Source: a virus. Taken from it: DNA of 64,000 bases. The position numbers were made by a program, and so were the translations under genes. The stretch spans positions 96,001 to 160,000 of IMG/VR virus record IMGVR_UViG_3300046010_015054. One strand, written 5' to 3'. Numbering within the stretch: position 1 is the stretch's first letter; each line of letters begins with the position of its first letter. Under the pieces are notes generated by a model. It saw only the letters and a program-made list of their open reading frames with translations, had not been told where the DNA came from and did no database searches. Shown piece by piece: positions 9,714-20,912 of the stretch.

Positions 9714-12700
9714 TTAAGGGTTATAAGCTGTTAATACTCCGGCTACATAATTAAATGAAGGGTTACCTCCACTAGTATTAAGAGCAAAAGTTGTAGTAAC
9801 TCCAGTTGGTGCATTATTACCTGCTGGGCCCTGAGGACCAATGGGGCCTTGAGGACCAATAGGACCAATAGGACCAATAGCGCCTGTAGCACCTGAAGGG
9901 CCAATAGGACCTTGTGGGCCAATGGGTCCAATGTTACCAATAGGACCTTGAGCACCAGATGCACCAACAGGACCAATAGGACCCTGAATACCTTGTGGGC
10001 CTATATTTCCAATAGGACCAGTTGGGCCAATAGGACCAATAGGACCTTGAGGACCAATAGGGCCTGTAGGACCGATAGGGCCAATAGGACCAATATTACC
10101 TTGAGGGCCTTGTGGTCCAATGGGGCCAATATTACCAATTGGACCTTGGGGGCCAATAGGACCTGTAGGGCCAATAGGACCAATAGGACCTTGTGCACCA
10201 ATAGGTCCGATAGGGCCAATAGGACCAATATTACCAATTGGACCTTGAGGACCAATAGGGCCTGTAGGACCAATTGGGCCAATAGGGCCAATATTACCTT
10301 GGGGACCTTGAGGACCTATAGGACCGATATTACCAATTGGACCTTGCACACCAATAGGACCTGTAGGACCAATAGGACCGATAGGACCCTGTGGGCCGAT
10401 AGGACCAATAGGGCCTTGGGGGCCTGGAGCTTGATTATCTCCTTTAGGTCCAATTGGGCCTTGAGCGCCAATAGGGCCTTGAGGGCCAATAGGACCAGTT
10501 GGACCGATTGGACCAATAGGACCCTGTGGACCAATAGGACCAATAGGACCTATGGGACCAATATTACCAATAGGACCTTGAGGGCCAATAGGACCAGTTG
10601 GGCCAATTGGACCGATTGGACCTTGAGGACCAATTGGACCAATGTTACCAATTGGACCGATTGGACCAATAGGACCTTGAGGACCAATAGGGCCTGTAGG
10701 ACCAATAGGGCCAATAGGACCTTGTGGACCAATGGGGCCAATATTACCAATTGGACCTTGAGGACCAATAGGACCAATAGGACCAATGGGGCCAGTAGGT
10801 CCTATAGGACCAATAGGACCTTGGTTACCTTGTGGACCTTGTGGACCAATTGGACCAATAGGACCAATAGGACCTTGAGGGCCAATAGGTCCAGTAGGAC
10901 CAATGGGGCCGATAGGACCTTGAGGACCAATAGGACCGATAGGACCAATGGGGCCAGGTGCTTGGTTGTCTCCTTTAGGACCAATAGGACCTTGTACTCC
11001 AATAGGACCTTGAGGACCAATTGGACCCGTAGGACCAATAGGACCGATAGGGCCTTGAGGACCAATTGGGCCAATAGGGCCAATAGGACCAATATTACCA
11101 ATTGGACCTTGAGGACCAATAGGACCTGTAGGACCGATAGGGCCAATAGGGCCTTGGGGTCCGATAGGACCAATAGGACCTATAGGACCAATATTACCAA
11201 TTGGACCTTGGGGGCCAATAGGACCTGTAGGACCGATAGGACCGATAGGACCTTGTGGGCCGATTGGACCAATAGGACCAATTGGGCCTTGAGCTCCAAT
11301 AGGACCTTGTGGACCTATAGGACCTGTAGGACCAATAGGACCGATAGGGCCTTGGTTTCCTTGAGGACCCTGTGGGCCAATAGGACCGATAGGACCGATA
11401 GGACCTTGTGGGCCGATTGGACCAGTTGGTCCGATAGGACCAATTGGACCTTGAGGGCCGATAGGTCCAATAGGACCTTGAGGACCAGGTGCTTGGTTAT
11501 CTCCTTTAGGTCCAATAGGACCTTGTACTCCAATAGGACCTTGTGGACCAATCGGGCCAGTAGGACCAATTGGGCCAATAGGACCCTGTGGGCCAATAGG
11601 ACCAATGGGACCAATAGGGCCTTGAGCTCCAATAGGACCTTGAGGACCAATTGGACCTGTAGGACCGATAGGACCTATAGGACCTTGAGGACCTTGAGGA
11701 CCAATAGGGCCAATAGGGCCTATAGGACCTATGGGACCTTGTGGACCGATCGGACCAGTTGGACCAATTGGACCAATAGGGCCTTGGGGGCCAATCGGAC
11801 CAATAGGACCGATAGGGCCCGGAGCTTGGTTGTCTCCTTTAGGTCCAATAGGACCTTGTGCACCTATAGGACCTTGTGGGCCAATAGGACCAGTTGGGCC
11901 AATTGGACCGATTGGACCTTGAGGACCGATAGGACCTATAGGACCAATTGGGCCTTGAGCTCCAATAGGACCTTGTGGACCTATAGGGCCAGTTGGGCCA
12001 ATTGGACCTATGGGACCTTGAGGACCAATTGGACCAATAGGACCGATGGGGCCGATAGGACCTATGGGACCTTGAGGGCCAATTGGACCAGTTGGACCAA
12101 TTGGACCAATAGGACCTTGTGGGCCGATAGGACCAATCGGACCGATAGGACCAATTGGACCAATAGGACCTTGAGGACCGATAGGACCCGTAGGACCAAT
12201 TGGGCCAATAGGGCCTTGGTTACCTATAGGACCTTGTGGACCAATTGGACCTTGAGGACCGATTGGACCTTGTGGGCCGATAGGACCTGTAGGACCGATA
12301 GGACCAATTGGGCCTTGAGCACCAATAGGACCCTGTGGACCAATGGGGCCAATTGGGCCTTGTGGGCCTTGAGGACCTGTAGGACCGATAGGACCAATTG
12401 GACCTTGAGGACCGATAGGGCCAATAGGGCCGATAGGACCCTGTGGGCCAATAGGACCAATAGGACCTGTAGGGCCGATAGGACCGATAGGGCCCTGAGG
12501 ACCAATAGGACCAATAGGGCCTATGGGACCTTGTGCTCCAATAGGGCCTTGTGGTCCAATAGGACCAATAGGACCTTGTGGGCCTTGTGGACCTTGAGGA
12601 CCAATTGGACCTTGAGGACCACCACCTGTTATGGTTCCAGCTGTACCTTCTACTTCTAAAGTATTTGTACCACTATTAAACCAAACTTGTCCTGGGATTG

Positions 12701-12914
12701 GTGAAGAAGGAGAGGATCCTACAACAGGTAATACAAAAGTAGCATTATTAGCAATGGCTAAACTGCCACTATCAATAGTAGCAATGTTAACAGAACCACT
12801 TTTGATTGTTAATTGACCCGCTGATGCAAAATCAAATTTAATTTCTTTACCTACAGCAGTATCTTGGAAATTTAAGCTACCTGATTTTGGTATTATCTGT
12901 ACGTTTTTTGCCAT
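9714..12914 (-). CDS. Collagen-like fibre protein (chain B), no chaperone domain
   Basis: About 930 aa of (GPI/GPQ/GPT)n; the N-terminus [16 protein letters not shown] is nearly identical to that of chain A. Confidence 0.9.
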   Translation of the reverse strand: MAKNVQIIPKSGSLNFQDTAVGKEIKFDFASAGQLTIKSGSVNIATIDSGSLAIANNATFVLPVVGSSPSSPIPGQVWFNSGTNTLEVEGTAGTITGGGPQGPIGPQGPQGPQGPIGPIGPQGPIGAQGPIGPIGPIGPQGPIGPIGPTGPIGPIGPQGPIGPIGPIGPQGPIGPIGPTGPQGPQGPIGPIGPQGPIGAQGPIGPIGPTGPIGPQGPIGPQGPIGPQGPIGNQGPIGPIGPTGPIGPQGPIGPIGPIGPIGPIGPQGPIGPIGPTGPIGPQGPIGPIGPIGPIGPIGPQGPIGPIGPTGPIGPQGPIGAQGPIGPIGPIGPQGPIGPIGPTGPIGPQGPIGAQGPIGPKGDNQAPGPIGPIGPIGPQGPIGPIGPTGPIGPQGPIGPIGPIGPIGPQGPQGPIGPIGPTGPIGPQGPIGAQGPIGPIGPIGPQGPIGPIGPTGPIGPQGPIGVQGPIGPKGDNQAPGPQGPIGPIGPQGPIGPIGPTGPIGPQGPIGPIGPIGPQGPQGNQGPIGPIGPTGPIGPQGPIGAQGPIGPIGPIGPQGPIGPIGPTGPIGPQGPIGNIGPIGPIGPIGPQGPIGPIGPTGPIGPQGPIGNIGPIGPIGPIGPQGPIGPIGPTGPIGPQGPIGVQGPIGPKGDNQAPGPIGPIGPIGPQGPIGPIGPTGPIGPQGPIGPIGPIGPQGPQGNQGPIGPIGPTGPIGPIGPIGPQGPIGNIGPIGPQGPIGPIGPTGPIGPQGPIGPIGPIGNIGPIGPQGPIGPIGPTGPIGPQGPIGNIGPIGPIGPIGPQGPIGPIGPTGPIGPQGPIGAQGPIGPKGDNQAPGPQGPIGPIGPQGPIGPIGPTGPIGVQGPIGNIGPIGPQGPQGNIGPIGPIGPTGPIGPQGPIGNIGPIGPIGPIGAQGPIGPIGPTGPIGPQGPIGNIGPIGPQGPQGNIGPIGPIGPTGPIGPQGPIGPIGPTGPIGNIGPQGIQGPIGPVGASGAQGPIGNIGPIGPQGPIGPSGATGAIGPIGPIGPQGPIGPQGPAGNNAPTGVTTTFALNTSGGNPSFNYVAGVLTAYNP

Positions 12915-12929
12915 CTTTTATATATACTA

Positions 12930-12937
12930 ATAAATAT
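12930..12937 (-). promoter_or_regulatory. Putative late promoter ATATTTAT upstream of the collagen genes
   Basis: One of 16 exact copies (plus 2 variants) found just upstream of start codons. Confidence 0.7.
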
Positions 12938-15900
12938 TAGCCTTTTACGGGATATTCAACTATTAATTTCGGATCTACTTTTCTTTCTGCAAATACTACG
13001 TAATAAGCGTTTACTTCTCCACATTCACATGCTACCACGACTTGTTCAACTGACGCTGATAATACGTAGTGAGTACATGATTTTCCAATAGGTGTTAATT
13101 GTACTGATAGGCTATCATGGTATACTAAATCTTTCCAGTAATCAGGTAATGTAATTACTCCATCTCCTTCTACTTTACCTCTAATATACACACCAGTTTC
13201 TGGTCCCTCAAGCACTGAGTAGCGAAGTCTCCATCCTTCTTTTGAAGGGTGTGGTATATCAAAGTTTTTAACGTTACCATTGATTTCATTAAAGTTATTA
13301 ATATTAGAAGTTCCGGCACCATCAATATTACCAGTACCATCCATAGTAATGTTTCTAACATTACTAACATCAGTATTGTTCATATCAATGCCACCTTGAA
13401 CACTAATATCTCCGTTAACTCCTAATGTTGTGCCAGTAAATGTTAAGTTAGCTTCACCATTAATTAGACCAGCGGTACCAGTTGCGGTTAATACGTAGTT
13501 GTTAGTATTGTTGTTTATAGTAGCAGCGCCTGACGTACCTGATGAACCTGATGAGCCACTAGAACCGCTAGTACCACTAGAACCGGATGAACCTGATGAA
13601 CCGCTTGTACCTGAAGAGCCTGATGTACCACTAATGCCTATACCTGATGAACCTGAAGAACCTGATGTTCCTGAAGTGCCATTTACACCTGATAAACCTG
13701 AAGAACCAGATGTTCCAGAAGAGCCGCTTGAACCAGATGAGCCTGAGCTACCACTTGAGCCACTTGTACCTGATGAACCTGAAGTTCCTGATGAACCTGA
13801 AGTTCCTGATGAACCTGATGAGCCTGAACTGCCAGAAGATCCTGAACTGCCTGAAGTACCAGAGGAGCCTGAAGAACCACTAGTTCCTGATGAGCCTGAG
13901 CTACCTGAAGAGCCACTTGAACCTGATGTACCAGAAGAGCCTGAACTACCACTTGTGCCTGATGAGCCTGAGCTACCTGAAGATCCAGAAGAGCCACTAG
14001 TACCTGATGAACCTGAACTTCCTGACGTGCCTGATGAACCTGATGAGCCTGATGAGCCTGAAGTACCAGATGAGCCACTTGAGCCAGATGTTCCTGAAGA
14101 ACCTGAACTACCTGATGAACCTGATGAACCTGAAGTACCACTAGTTCCGTTTATACCTGATAAACCTGAAGAACCAGATGTTCCGCTTGAACCAGATGAG
14201 CCTGAGCTGCCACTTGTACCTGAAGAGCCTGAAGTTCCTGATGAACCACTAGTTCCTGAAGAGCCTGAACTACCTGAAGAACCAGAACTTCCACTAGTAC
14301 CTGATGTTCCGCTTGAACCTGAAGTACCTGATGAGCCTGAACTTCCACTTGAACCTGATGAACCTGAACTACCTGAAGTACCTGAAGTTCCTGAAGTACC
14401 ACTAGAACCAGATGTTCCTGATGAGCCTGAAGAACCAGAGCTGCCTGAAGATCCTGAAGTACCAGACGAACCTGAGCTTCCGCTAGTTCCTGATGAACCA
14501 CTAGAACCTGAGCTGCCTGATGAGCCTGATGTTCCTGAAGAACCACTTGTACCTGAAGTACCGGATGAACCACTTGAACCAGATGAACCTGAACTACCTG
14601 AAGTTCCTGATGTACCGTTAATACCACTTAAACCTGATGAGCCACTTGTACCAGATGAACCTGAGCTACCTGATGAGCCTGAAGAGCCACTAGTACCTGA
14701 AGTACCTGAACTGCCTGAAGTACCTGAACTACCGCTTGAACCTGATGAACCAGAGCTTCCGCTAGTTCCTGAGGTACCACTTGAACCTGATGTTCCTGAT
14801 GAACCACTTGAACCAGATGAACCTGAAGAGCCACTTGTACCTGAAGTACCAGATGAACCACTTGTTCCTGATGAGCCTGAAGAACCTGATGAACCAGAAG
14901 AACCACTTGTACCTGAAGTACCTGATGAACCACTAGTACCAGAAGTACCTGATGAACCTGAAGAGCCACTTGAGCCACTTGAACCAGAAGTTCCTGAAGA
15001 ACCTGAAGTACCTGAAGAACCTGAGCTACCACTTGTACCTGATGAGCCACTTGAACCTGAAGTTCCAGATGAGCCACTTGTTCCAGAAGTACCATTAATA
15101 CCACTTAAACCTGATGATCCAGATGTACCTGAGGTACCAGATGAACCTGATGATCCTGATGTGCCTGATGTTCCGCTTGAACCTGAAGTGCCTGATGTTC
15201 CTGATGAACCAGATGAACCAGAACTTCCACTAGTACCTGATGTACCGCTTGAGCCAGAAGTTCCTGATGAACCTGAGCTACCTGAAGATCCTGATGAGCC
15301 GCTAGTTCCTGAAGTTCCTGATGAACCGCTTGAACCTGATGTACCTGAAGAGCCACTTGAACCACTTGAACCGGAAGTACCACTTGTACCTGAAGTACCA
15401 TTTATACCTGAAAGGCCTGATGAACCAGATGTTCCTGAAGAACCTGAAGTTCCGCTAGTTCCTGATGAACCTGAGCTGCCTGATGTTCCTGATGAACCTG
15501 AAGTACCAGATGAGCCATCTGTACCACTAGTTCCTGATGAGCCACTAGAACCTGAACTACCACTTGAACCAGATGTTCCGCTTGAACCTGAAGTTCCGCT
15601 TGAACCTGAAGAGCCACTTGAACCACTAGTTCCTGAAGTACCAGATGAACCACTTGTTCCTGATGAACCTGAACTACCTGAACTGCCTGATGTACCGCTA
15701 GTACCTGAAGTTCCGTTTATACCGCTTAAACCTGAAGAACCTGATGTTCCTGAAGAGCCAGATGTACCTGAAGTACCTGAACTGCCTGATGAGCCCGAGC
15801 TACCACTTGTACCAGATGAACCATCTGTACCAGATGTACCACTTGAACCTGAAGAACCTGAAGTACCACTTGTACCACTTGTTCCTGAAGAACCTGAAGA

Positions 15901-18900
15901 TCCTGAAGTGCCGCTTGAACCTGAACTACCGCTTGAACCTGAAGAACCTGATGTTCCACTAGTACCTGAAGAGCCATCCGTACCTGAGGTACCTGATGAA
16001 CCAGATGAACCTGAAGTACCTGAAGTTCCGTTTATACCTGAAAGACCTGATGATCCTGAAGTACCTGAAGTACCTGAAGAACCACTAGTTCCACTTGAAC
16101 CTGATGAGCCTGAACTACCTGAGGTTCCACTTGTACCTGAAGATCCGTCTGTACCTGATGTACCTGATGAACCGCTTGTTCCTGATGAACCTGATGAACC
16201 TGATGTACCAGATGAACCTGAAGAACCACTTGTTCCTGATGAACCATCTGTACCTGAAGTACCTGAGCTACCTGAAGAACCTGAGCTACCTGAAGTGCCA
16301 GATGAACCATCTGTACCACTTGTACCCGAAGTACCTGAAGTACCATTAATACCACTTAAACCTGAAGATCCAGATGTACCTGAAGTGCCTGAACTTCCTG
16401 AAGTACCTGATGAGCCTGAGCTACCTGATGTTCCTGAAGATCCTGAAGTACCAGATGAGCCATCTGTACCAGATGTACCTGAGGAACCACTAGTTCCTGA
16501 TGAACCACTAGAACCTGAAGTTCCACTAGAGCCTGAACTACCTGAAGTACCACTTGAGCCATCTGTACCTGAAGTACCAGATGAACCAGATGATCCTGAG
16601 CTGCCTGAAGTACCAGATGAGCCATCTGTACCGCTTGTGCCTGAAGTACCTGAAGTACCATTAATACCACTTAAGCCAGAAGAACCACTTGTTCCTGAGC
16701 TACCTGAAGTACCACTTGTTCCTGAAGAACCTGAGCTACCACTTGTACCACTAGTTCCTGATGAACCATCTGTACCTGAGGTACCGCTTGAACCTGATGT
16801 TCCTGATGAGCCACTTGAACCCGAAGTTCCAGATGAACCAGAACTACCTGAAGTGCCTGAAGAACCATCTGTACCAGATGTTCCTGAAGATCCTGAACTA
16901 CCTGAGCTACCACTAGTGCCTGAAGTACCTGAGCTACCATCTGTACCACTTGAACCTGAAGTTCCAGAAGTACCACTTGTTCCGTTTATACCTGATAAAC
17001 CAGAAGAACCACTTGTTCCGCTTGTACCTGAAGAACCATCTGTACCACTTGTACCAGATGAACCAGATGTACCACTTGAGCCACTAGTTCCTGAAGATCC
17101 GTCTGTACCTGAAGTTCCTGAAGAACCGCTAGTACCTGATGAGCCTGAACTACCACTTGTGCCTGATGAGCCTGAACTACCTGATGTACCTGATGAACCA
17201 TCTGTGCCGCTTGTACCAGATGAACCTGAACTACCACTAGTACCTGAAGTACCTGAAGAACCATCTGTACCTGAAGTACCTGATGAACCACTTGTACCTG
17301 AAGTGCCATTTATACCTGAAAGACCTGAGCTACCTGATGTGCCACTAGTACCTGAAGTACCATCTGTACCACTTGTACCAGAAGTGCCACTTGTACCCGA
17401 AGAACCATCTGTACCTGAGGTGCCAGATGAACCATCTGTCCCTGAAGTTCCTGATGAACCTGAAGATCCAGATGTTCCTGATGAACCACTTGAACCAGAT
17501 GTACCTGAAGTACCTGAAGAGCCATCTGTACCTGAAGTACCGCTTGAACCATCAGTACCTGAAGTACCACTTGTGCCGGATTCACCTGAGGTTCCTGATG
17601 AACCACTTGTACCTGAGGTGCCGTTTATACCGGATAAACCTGAAGATCCGCTGGTTCCGCTTGTGCCTGAAGAACCATCTGTACCAGAAGTACCAGATGA
17701 GCCAGATGTTCCGGATTCACCACTTGTACCAGATGAACCATCTGTACCAGAAGTGCCTGAAGTACCTGATGTACCATTTATACCTGAAAGACCAGATGAA
17801 CCAGAGGTACCAGAAGAACCATCTGTACCCGAAGTACCAGAAGTGCCACTAGAACCATCTGTACCCGAAGTACCTGAAGAACCATCGGTACCACTTGTAC
17901 CTGATGAACCACTAGTACCTGAAGTACCATTAATACCACTTAATCCCGAACTTCCACTTGTTCCGCTTGTACCTGAAGATCCGTCTGTACCTGAAGTACC
18001 CGAAGAACCGCTTGTACCTGATTCACCGCTTGTACCCGAAGAGCCATCAGTTCCTGAAGTACCAGAAGTACCGCTTGTTCCGTTTATACCTGAAAGGCCT
18101 GAAGAGCCTGAAGTGCCAGATGAACCATCTGTACCAGATGTGCCTGATGAACCACTTGTGCCAGAAGTACCTGAAGAACCGTCTGTACCTGAAGTACCGC
18201 TTGAGCCATCAGTACCTGAGGTACCACTTGTACCTGAGGTTCCATTAATACCGCTTAAACCTGATGAACCTGATGTACCACTTGAACCATCTGTACCAGA
18301 TGTACCAGAAGAACCACTAGTTCCTGATGAACCAGATGTACCTGAACTACCATCTGTACCTGAAGTGCCACTTGAGCCATCAGTACCTGAAGTGCCACTT
18401 GTTCCGTTTATACCTGAAAGGCCTGAAGAGCCTGAAGTGCCACTTGTACCAGATGAACCATCTGTACCAGATGTGCCTGATGTTCCGCTTATACCTGAAC
18501 TACCATCTGTACCTGAAGTACCAGATGAACCATCTGTTCCTGAAGTTCCTGATGTGCCGCTTGTTCCGTTTATACCAGACAAACCAGAACTACCTGAAGT
18601 GCCACTTGAGCCATCAGTACCTGAAGTTCCTGATGAACCACTTGTACCACTTGTACCACTTGTGCCTGATGAGCCATCTGTACCTGATGTTCCTGAAGAA
18701 CCATCTGTACCACTTGTACCAGAGGTTCCATTAATTCCTGAAAGGCCTGAACTACCACTAGTACCTGAAGTGCCATCTGTACCACTTGTACCAGAAGTAC
18801 CACCTGTACCTGAAGTACCACTTGAACCATCTGTACCTGATGTACCTGAAGTACCATCTGTACCACTAGTTCCAGAAGTACCATTTATACCACTTAAACC

Positions 18901-20865
18901 TGAAGATCCGCTTGTTCCACTTGTACCAGATGAACCATCTGTACCAGAGGTACCAGAGGTACCAGAAGTGCCTGAAGAACCATCTGTTCCTGATGTTCCT
19001 GATGAACCATCTGTACCTGAGGTACCGCTTGTGCCCGAAGTACCATTTATACCACTTAAACCTGAAGAACCTGAGGTACCTGAAGTACCACCTGTACCAC
19101 TTGTACCAGAAGTACCACCGGTACCTGAAGTGCCACTTGTTCCTGAAGTTCCGGATTCACCACTTGAGCCTGATGTTCCAGATGTACCATTTACACCTGA
19201 TAATCCTGATGTGCCTGAGGTTCCTGAAGTACCTATACCTGAAGTTCCACTTGAACCACTTGTTCCAGAAGTGCCATCTATACCTGATGTACCTGAAGTA
19301 CCTGCTTCTCCTGAAGTGCCACTTGTACCCGAAGTACCATTAATCCCAGAAGTTCCTGATGAACCATCTGTACCTGAGGTACCACTAGTACCTGATTCTC
19401 CTGATGTGCCTGATGTTCCTGAAATTCCACTTGTACCTGAAGTACCAGATTCACCACTTGTTCCACTTGTACCAGATTCTCCAGAGGTACCTGAAGTACC
19501 AGACTCACCTGAAGTACCGGATGTACCTGAAATTCCTGATGTACCTGATGTACCCGAAGTACCTATACCAGAAGTGCCAGAAGTTCCTGATGAACCATCA
19601 GTACCTGAAGTGCCACTAGTACCTGATTCTCCTGATGTACCTGAAGTACCAGTTTCACCTGAAGTACCACTTGTGCCTGAAGTACCAGAAGATCCTGAGT
19701 CTCCTGAAGTGCCTCCTGTAATAGTTACTAATACTGCTGTACCTGATCCTGTTGATTCAACTTGTACACCACTACCAGTAAAGTAGAACGCACCGATATT
19801 GGTATCAACGAGTGAGCCCGTATAATAAATTGTAGTACCAATAGTAACGTTAACTTCTCCTGGATTACTGCCAGTTTCTGCAACTACACCTGATCCTGTA
19901 AAGTTAATTAGTGTAGCGTTTGTTGTTAAGACAAAATTTTCGTCTGAAATTGTAATAGCAGAACCTGCTCCTGAAGTACCTGAGGTACCGCTAGTACCAG
20001 TTTCACCTGAAGTACCACTTGTACCAGATGATCCTGAAGAGCCTATGCCTGAAGTACCTGAGGTACCACTTGTTCCTGAAGTTCCTTCACCTGATGTACC
20101 AGAAGTGCCACTTGTACCATTAATACCAGAAGTACCTGAAGTACCATCAGCACCCGAAGTACCACTTGTACCTGATGTGCCTACGCCTGAAGTGCCAGAT
20201 GAACCATCTGTACCTGAAGTACCACTTGTTCCTGATGTACCTACACCTGAAGTACCAGATGAACCATCTGTACCTGAAGTACCTGATGTGCCTGAAGAAC
20301 CGATACCTGAAGTACCGGAAGAACCATCTGTACCAGATGTTCCTGAAGTACCTGAAGAGCCTGTACCTGATGTACCTGAAGTACCATCTGTTCCAGATGT
20401 GCCGCTGGTACCTGATGTGCCTACACCTGAAGTACCTGAAGTGCCATCTGTACCTGAAGTACCTGATGTGCCTGAAGAACCGATACCTGAAGTACCACTT
20501 GTACCAGATGAACCATCTGTACCTGAAGTACCTGAAGAACCTATACCTGATGTACCTGAAGTACCACTTGTGCCTGAAGTTCCTGAAGAACCTGAAGAAC
20601 CTGAAGAACCAGAACCACCACCAGTACCAGTAATTGTAATAGTAGCACCATTTGAACCAGACGCTTCAACAAAAACCCCACTACCTGTAAAGTTTAATGT
20701 TGCAACATTTGATACAACTAATGAACTTGTGTAGTAAATATTAACTGCTCCACCTATACCGGAAGTACCTGAAGTACCTGAAGTGCCATCTGTGCCACTT
20801 CCTCCACCGGTTGACTGAAAACTCCCAATTGATATTTGGTCTAAAAATCTAGCGTTACTGGCCAT
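12937..20865 (-). CDS. Giant Gly-Ser/Thr triplet-repeat fibre protein (2642 aa) with a phage-fibre C-terminal domain
   Basis: Over 2200 aa of GTS/GSS/GTD triplets, three short 'FTGSGV' beta modules near the N-terminus, and a C-terminal [24 protein letters not shown] domain typical of phage fibre C-termini. Confidence 0.8.
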   Translation of the reverse strand: MASNARFLDQISIGSFQSTGGGSGTDGTSGTSGTSGIGGAVNIYYTSSLVVSNVATLNFTGSGVFVEASGSNGATITITGTGGGSGSSGSSGSSGTSGTSGTSGTSGIGSSGTSGTDGSSGTSGTSGIGSSGTSGTSGTDGTSGTSGVGTSGTSGTSGTDGTSGTSGTGSSGTSGTSGTDGSSGTSGIGSSGTSGTSGTDGSSGTSGVGTSGTSGTSGTDGSSGTSGVGTSGTSGTSGADGTSGTSGINGTSGTSGTSGEGTSGTSGTSGTSGIGSSGSSGTSGTSGETGTSGTSGTSGAGSAITISDENFVLTTNATLINFTGSGVVAETGSNPGEVNVTIGTTIYYTGSLVDTNIGAFYFTGSGVQVESTGSGTAVLVTITGGTSGDSGSSGTSGTSGTSGETGTSGTSGESGTSGTSGTDGSSGTSGTSGIGTSGTSGTSGISGTSGTSGESGTSGTSGESGTSGTSGESGTSGTSGISGTSGTSGESGTSGTSGTDGSSGTSGINGTSGTSGTSGEAGTSGTSGIDGTSGTSGSSGTSGIGTSGTSGTSGLSGVNGTSGTSGSSGESGTSGTSGTSGTGGTSGTSGTGGTSGTSGSSGLSGINGTSGTSGTSGTDGSSGTSGTDGSSGTSGTSGTSGTDGSSGTSGTSGSSGLSGINGTSGTSGTDGTSGTSGTDGSSGTSGTGGTSGTSGTDGTSGTSGSSGLSGINGTSGTSGTDGSSGTSGTDGSSGTSGTSGTSGSSGTSGTDGSSGTSGSSGLSGINGTSGTSGTSGTDGSSGTSGTDGSSGISGTSGTSGTDGSSGTSGTSGSSGLSGINGTSGTSGTDGSSGTSGTDGSSGTSGSSGTSGSSGTSGTDGSSGTSGSSGLSGINGTSGTSGTSGTDGSSGTSGTDGSSGTSGTSGSSGTSGTDGSSGTSGSSGLSGINGTSGTSGTSGTDGSSGTSGESGTSGSSGTSGTDGSSGTSGTSGSSGLSGINGTSGTSGSSGTSGTDGSSGTSGTDGSSGTSGTSGTDGSSGTSGSSGLSGINGTSGTSGTSGTDGSSGTSGESGTSGSSGTSGTDGSSGTSGTSGSSGLSGINGTSGTSGSSGTSGESGTSGTSGTDGSSGTSGTDGSSGTSGTSGSSGSSGTSGSSGSSGTSGTDGSSGTSGTDGSSGTSGTSGTSGTDGTSGTSGTSGSSGLSGINGTSGTSGSSGTSGTDGSSGTSGTSGSSGSSGTSGTDGSSGTSGSSGSSGTSGSSGSSGTSGSSGTSGTDGSSGTSGSSGTSGSSGTSGTDGSSGTSGTSGSSGLSGINGTSGTSGTSGSSGTDGSSGTSGTSGSSGSSGSSGTSGTDGSSGTSGSSGSSGTSGSSGSSGTSGSSGTSGTDGSSGTSGTSGSSGSSGTSGTSGSSGTSGSSGLSGINGTSGTSGTSGTDGSSGTSGSSGSSGSSGTSGTDGSSGTSGSSGSSGTSGSSGSSGTSGSSGTSGTDGSSGTSGSSGTSGSSGSSGTSGSSGTSGTSGSSGLSGINGTSGTSGTSGTDGSSGTSGSSGSSGSSGTSGTDGSSGTSGSSGSSGTSGSSGSSGTSGSSGTSGTDGSSGTSGTSGSSGSSGSSGTSGSSGTSGTSGSSGLSGINGTSGTSGSSGSSGTSGTDGSSGTSGTSGSSGSSGSSGSSGTSGSSGSSGTSGTSGTSGSSGSSGTSGTDGSSGTSGSSGSSGSSGTSGTSGSSGTSGSSGLSGINGTSGTSGTSGSSGSSGSSGTSGSSGTSGTSGSSGSSGSSGTSGSSGTSGSSGSSGSSGSSGTSGTDGSSGTSGSSGTSGSSGSSGTSGTSGSSGTSGSSGLSGINGTSGTSGTSGSSGSSGSSGTSGSSGSSGTSGTSGSSGSSGSSGSSGTSGSSGTSGTSGSSGSSGSSGTSGTSGSSGTSGTSGSSGSSGTSGTSGSSGLSGINGTSGTSGSSGTSGSSGSSGTSGSSGSSGTSGSSGTSGSSGSSGSSGSSGTSGTSGSSGTSGTSGSSGSSGSSGSSGTSGSSGTSGTSGSSGSSGSSGSSGTSGSSGTSGTSGSSGSSGSSGSSGTSGSSGTSGTSGSSGSSGSSGSSGTSGSSGLSGINGTSGTSGSSGSSGSSGSSGTSGTSGSSGTSGSSGSSGSSGSSGTSGSSGSSGTSGSSGSSGSSGSSGTSGSSGTSGTSGTSGSSGSSGSSGSSGSSGTSGSSGTSGTSGSSGSSGSSGSSGTSGSSGTSGSSGTSGSSGSSGSSGTSGSSGLSGINGTSGTSGSSGSSGSSGSSGTSGSSGSSGTSGSSGSSGSSGTSGSSGSSGTSGSSGSSGSSGSSGTSGSSGSSGTSGSSGSSGSSGSSGTSGSSGSSGTSGSSGSSGSSGSSGSSGTSGSSGTSGSSGTSGSSGSSGSSGSSGSSGTSGSSGLSGVNGTSGTSGSSGSSGIGISGTSGSSGTSGSSGSSGSSGTSGSSGSSGSSGTSGAATINNNTNNYVLTATGTAGLINGEANLTFTGTTLGVNGDISVQGGIDMNNTDVSNVRNITMDGTGNIDGAGTSNINNFNEINGNVKNFDIPHPSKEGWRLRYSVLEGPETGVYIRGKVEGDGVITLPDYWKDLVYHDSLSVQLTPIGKSCTHYVLSASVEQVVVACECGEVNAYYVVFAERKVDPKLIVEYPVKG
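13530..19710 (-). repeat. Degenerate 9-bp coding tandem repeat (Gly-Thr/Ser-Ser)
   Basis: Hundreds of synonymous variants of cctgaagta/cctgatgaa on the plus strand. Confidence 0.95.
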
Positions 20866-20892
20866 TTTATACTTTCAATTATTATATATGTA

Positions 20893-20900
20893 ATAAATAT
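20893..20900 (-). promoter_or_regulatory. Putative late promoter ATATTTAT upstream of the SGT fibre gene
   Basis: Recurrent intergenic motif. Confidence 0.7.
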
Positions 20901-20912
20901 TTTTTATTTTTT

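Noticed and set aside
6741-12659. Long plus-strand ORFs (589 aa, 915 aa) and short alternative-frame ORFs over the collagen genes
   Set aside because: Shadow frames created by stop-poor Gly-Pro codon repeats; no promoter motif or domain content.
13530-19710. Possible CRISPR array or non-coding satellite
   Set aside because: Degenerate in-frame 9-bp coding repeat with no constant repeat and unique spacer structure.
13499-20734. 2095-aa Pro/Glu/Val-rich plus-strand ORF and similar ones (also 56266-57327)
   Set aside because: Exact antisense read-out of the GTS/GSS repeat, with boundaries that track the repeat; all credible genes are on the minus strand.
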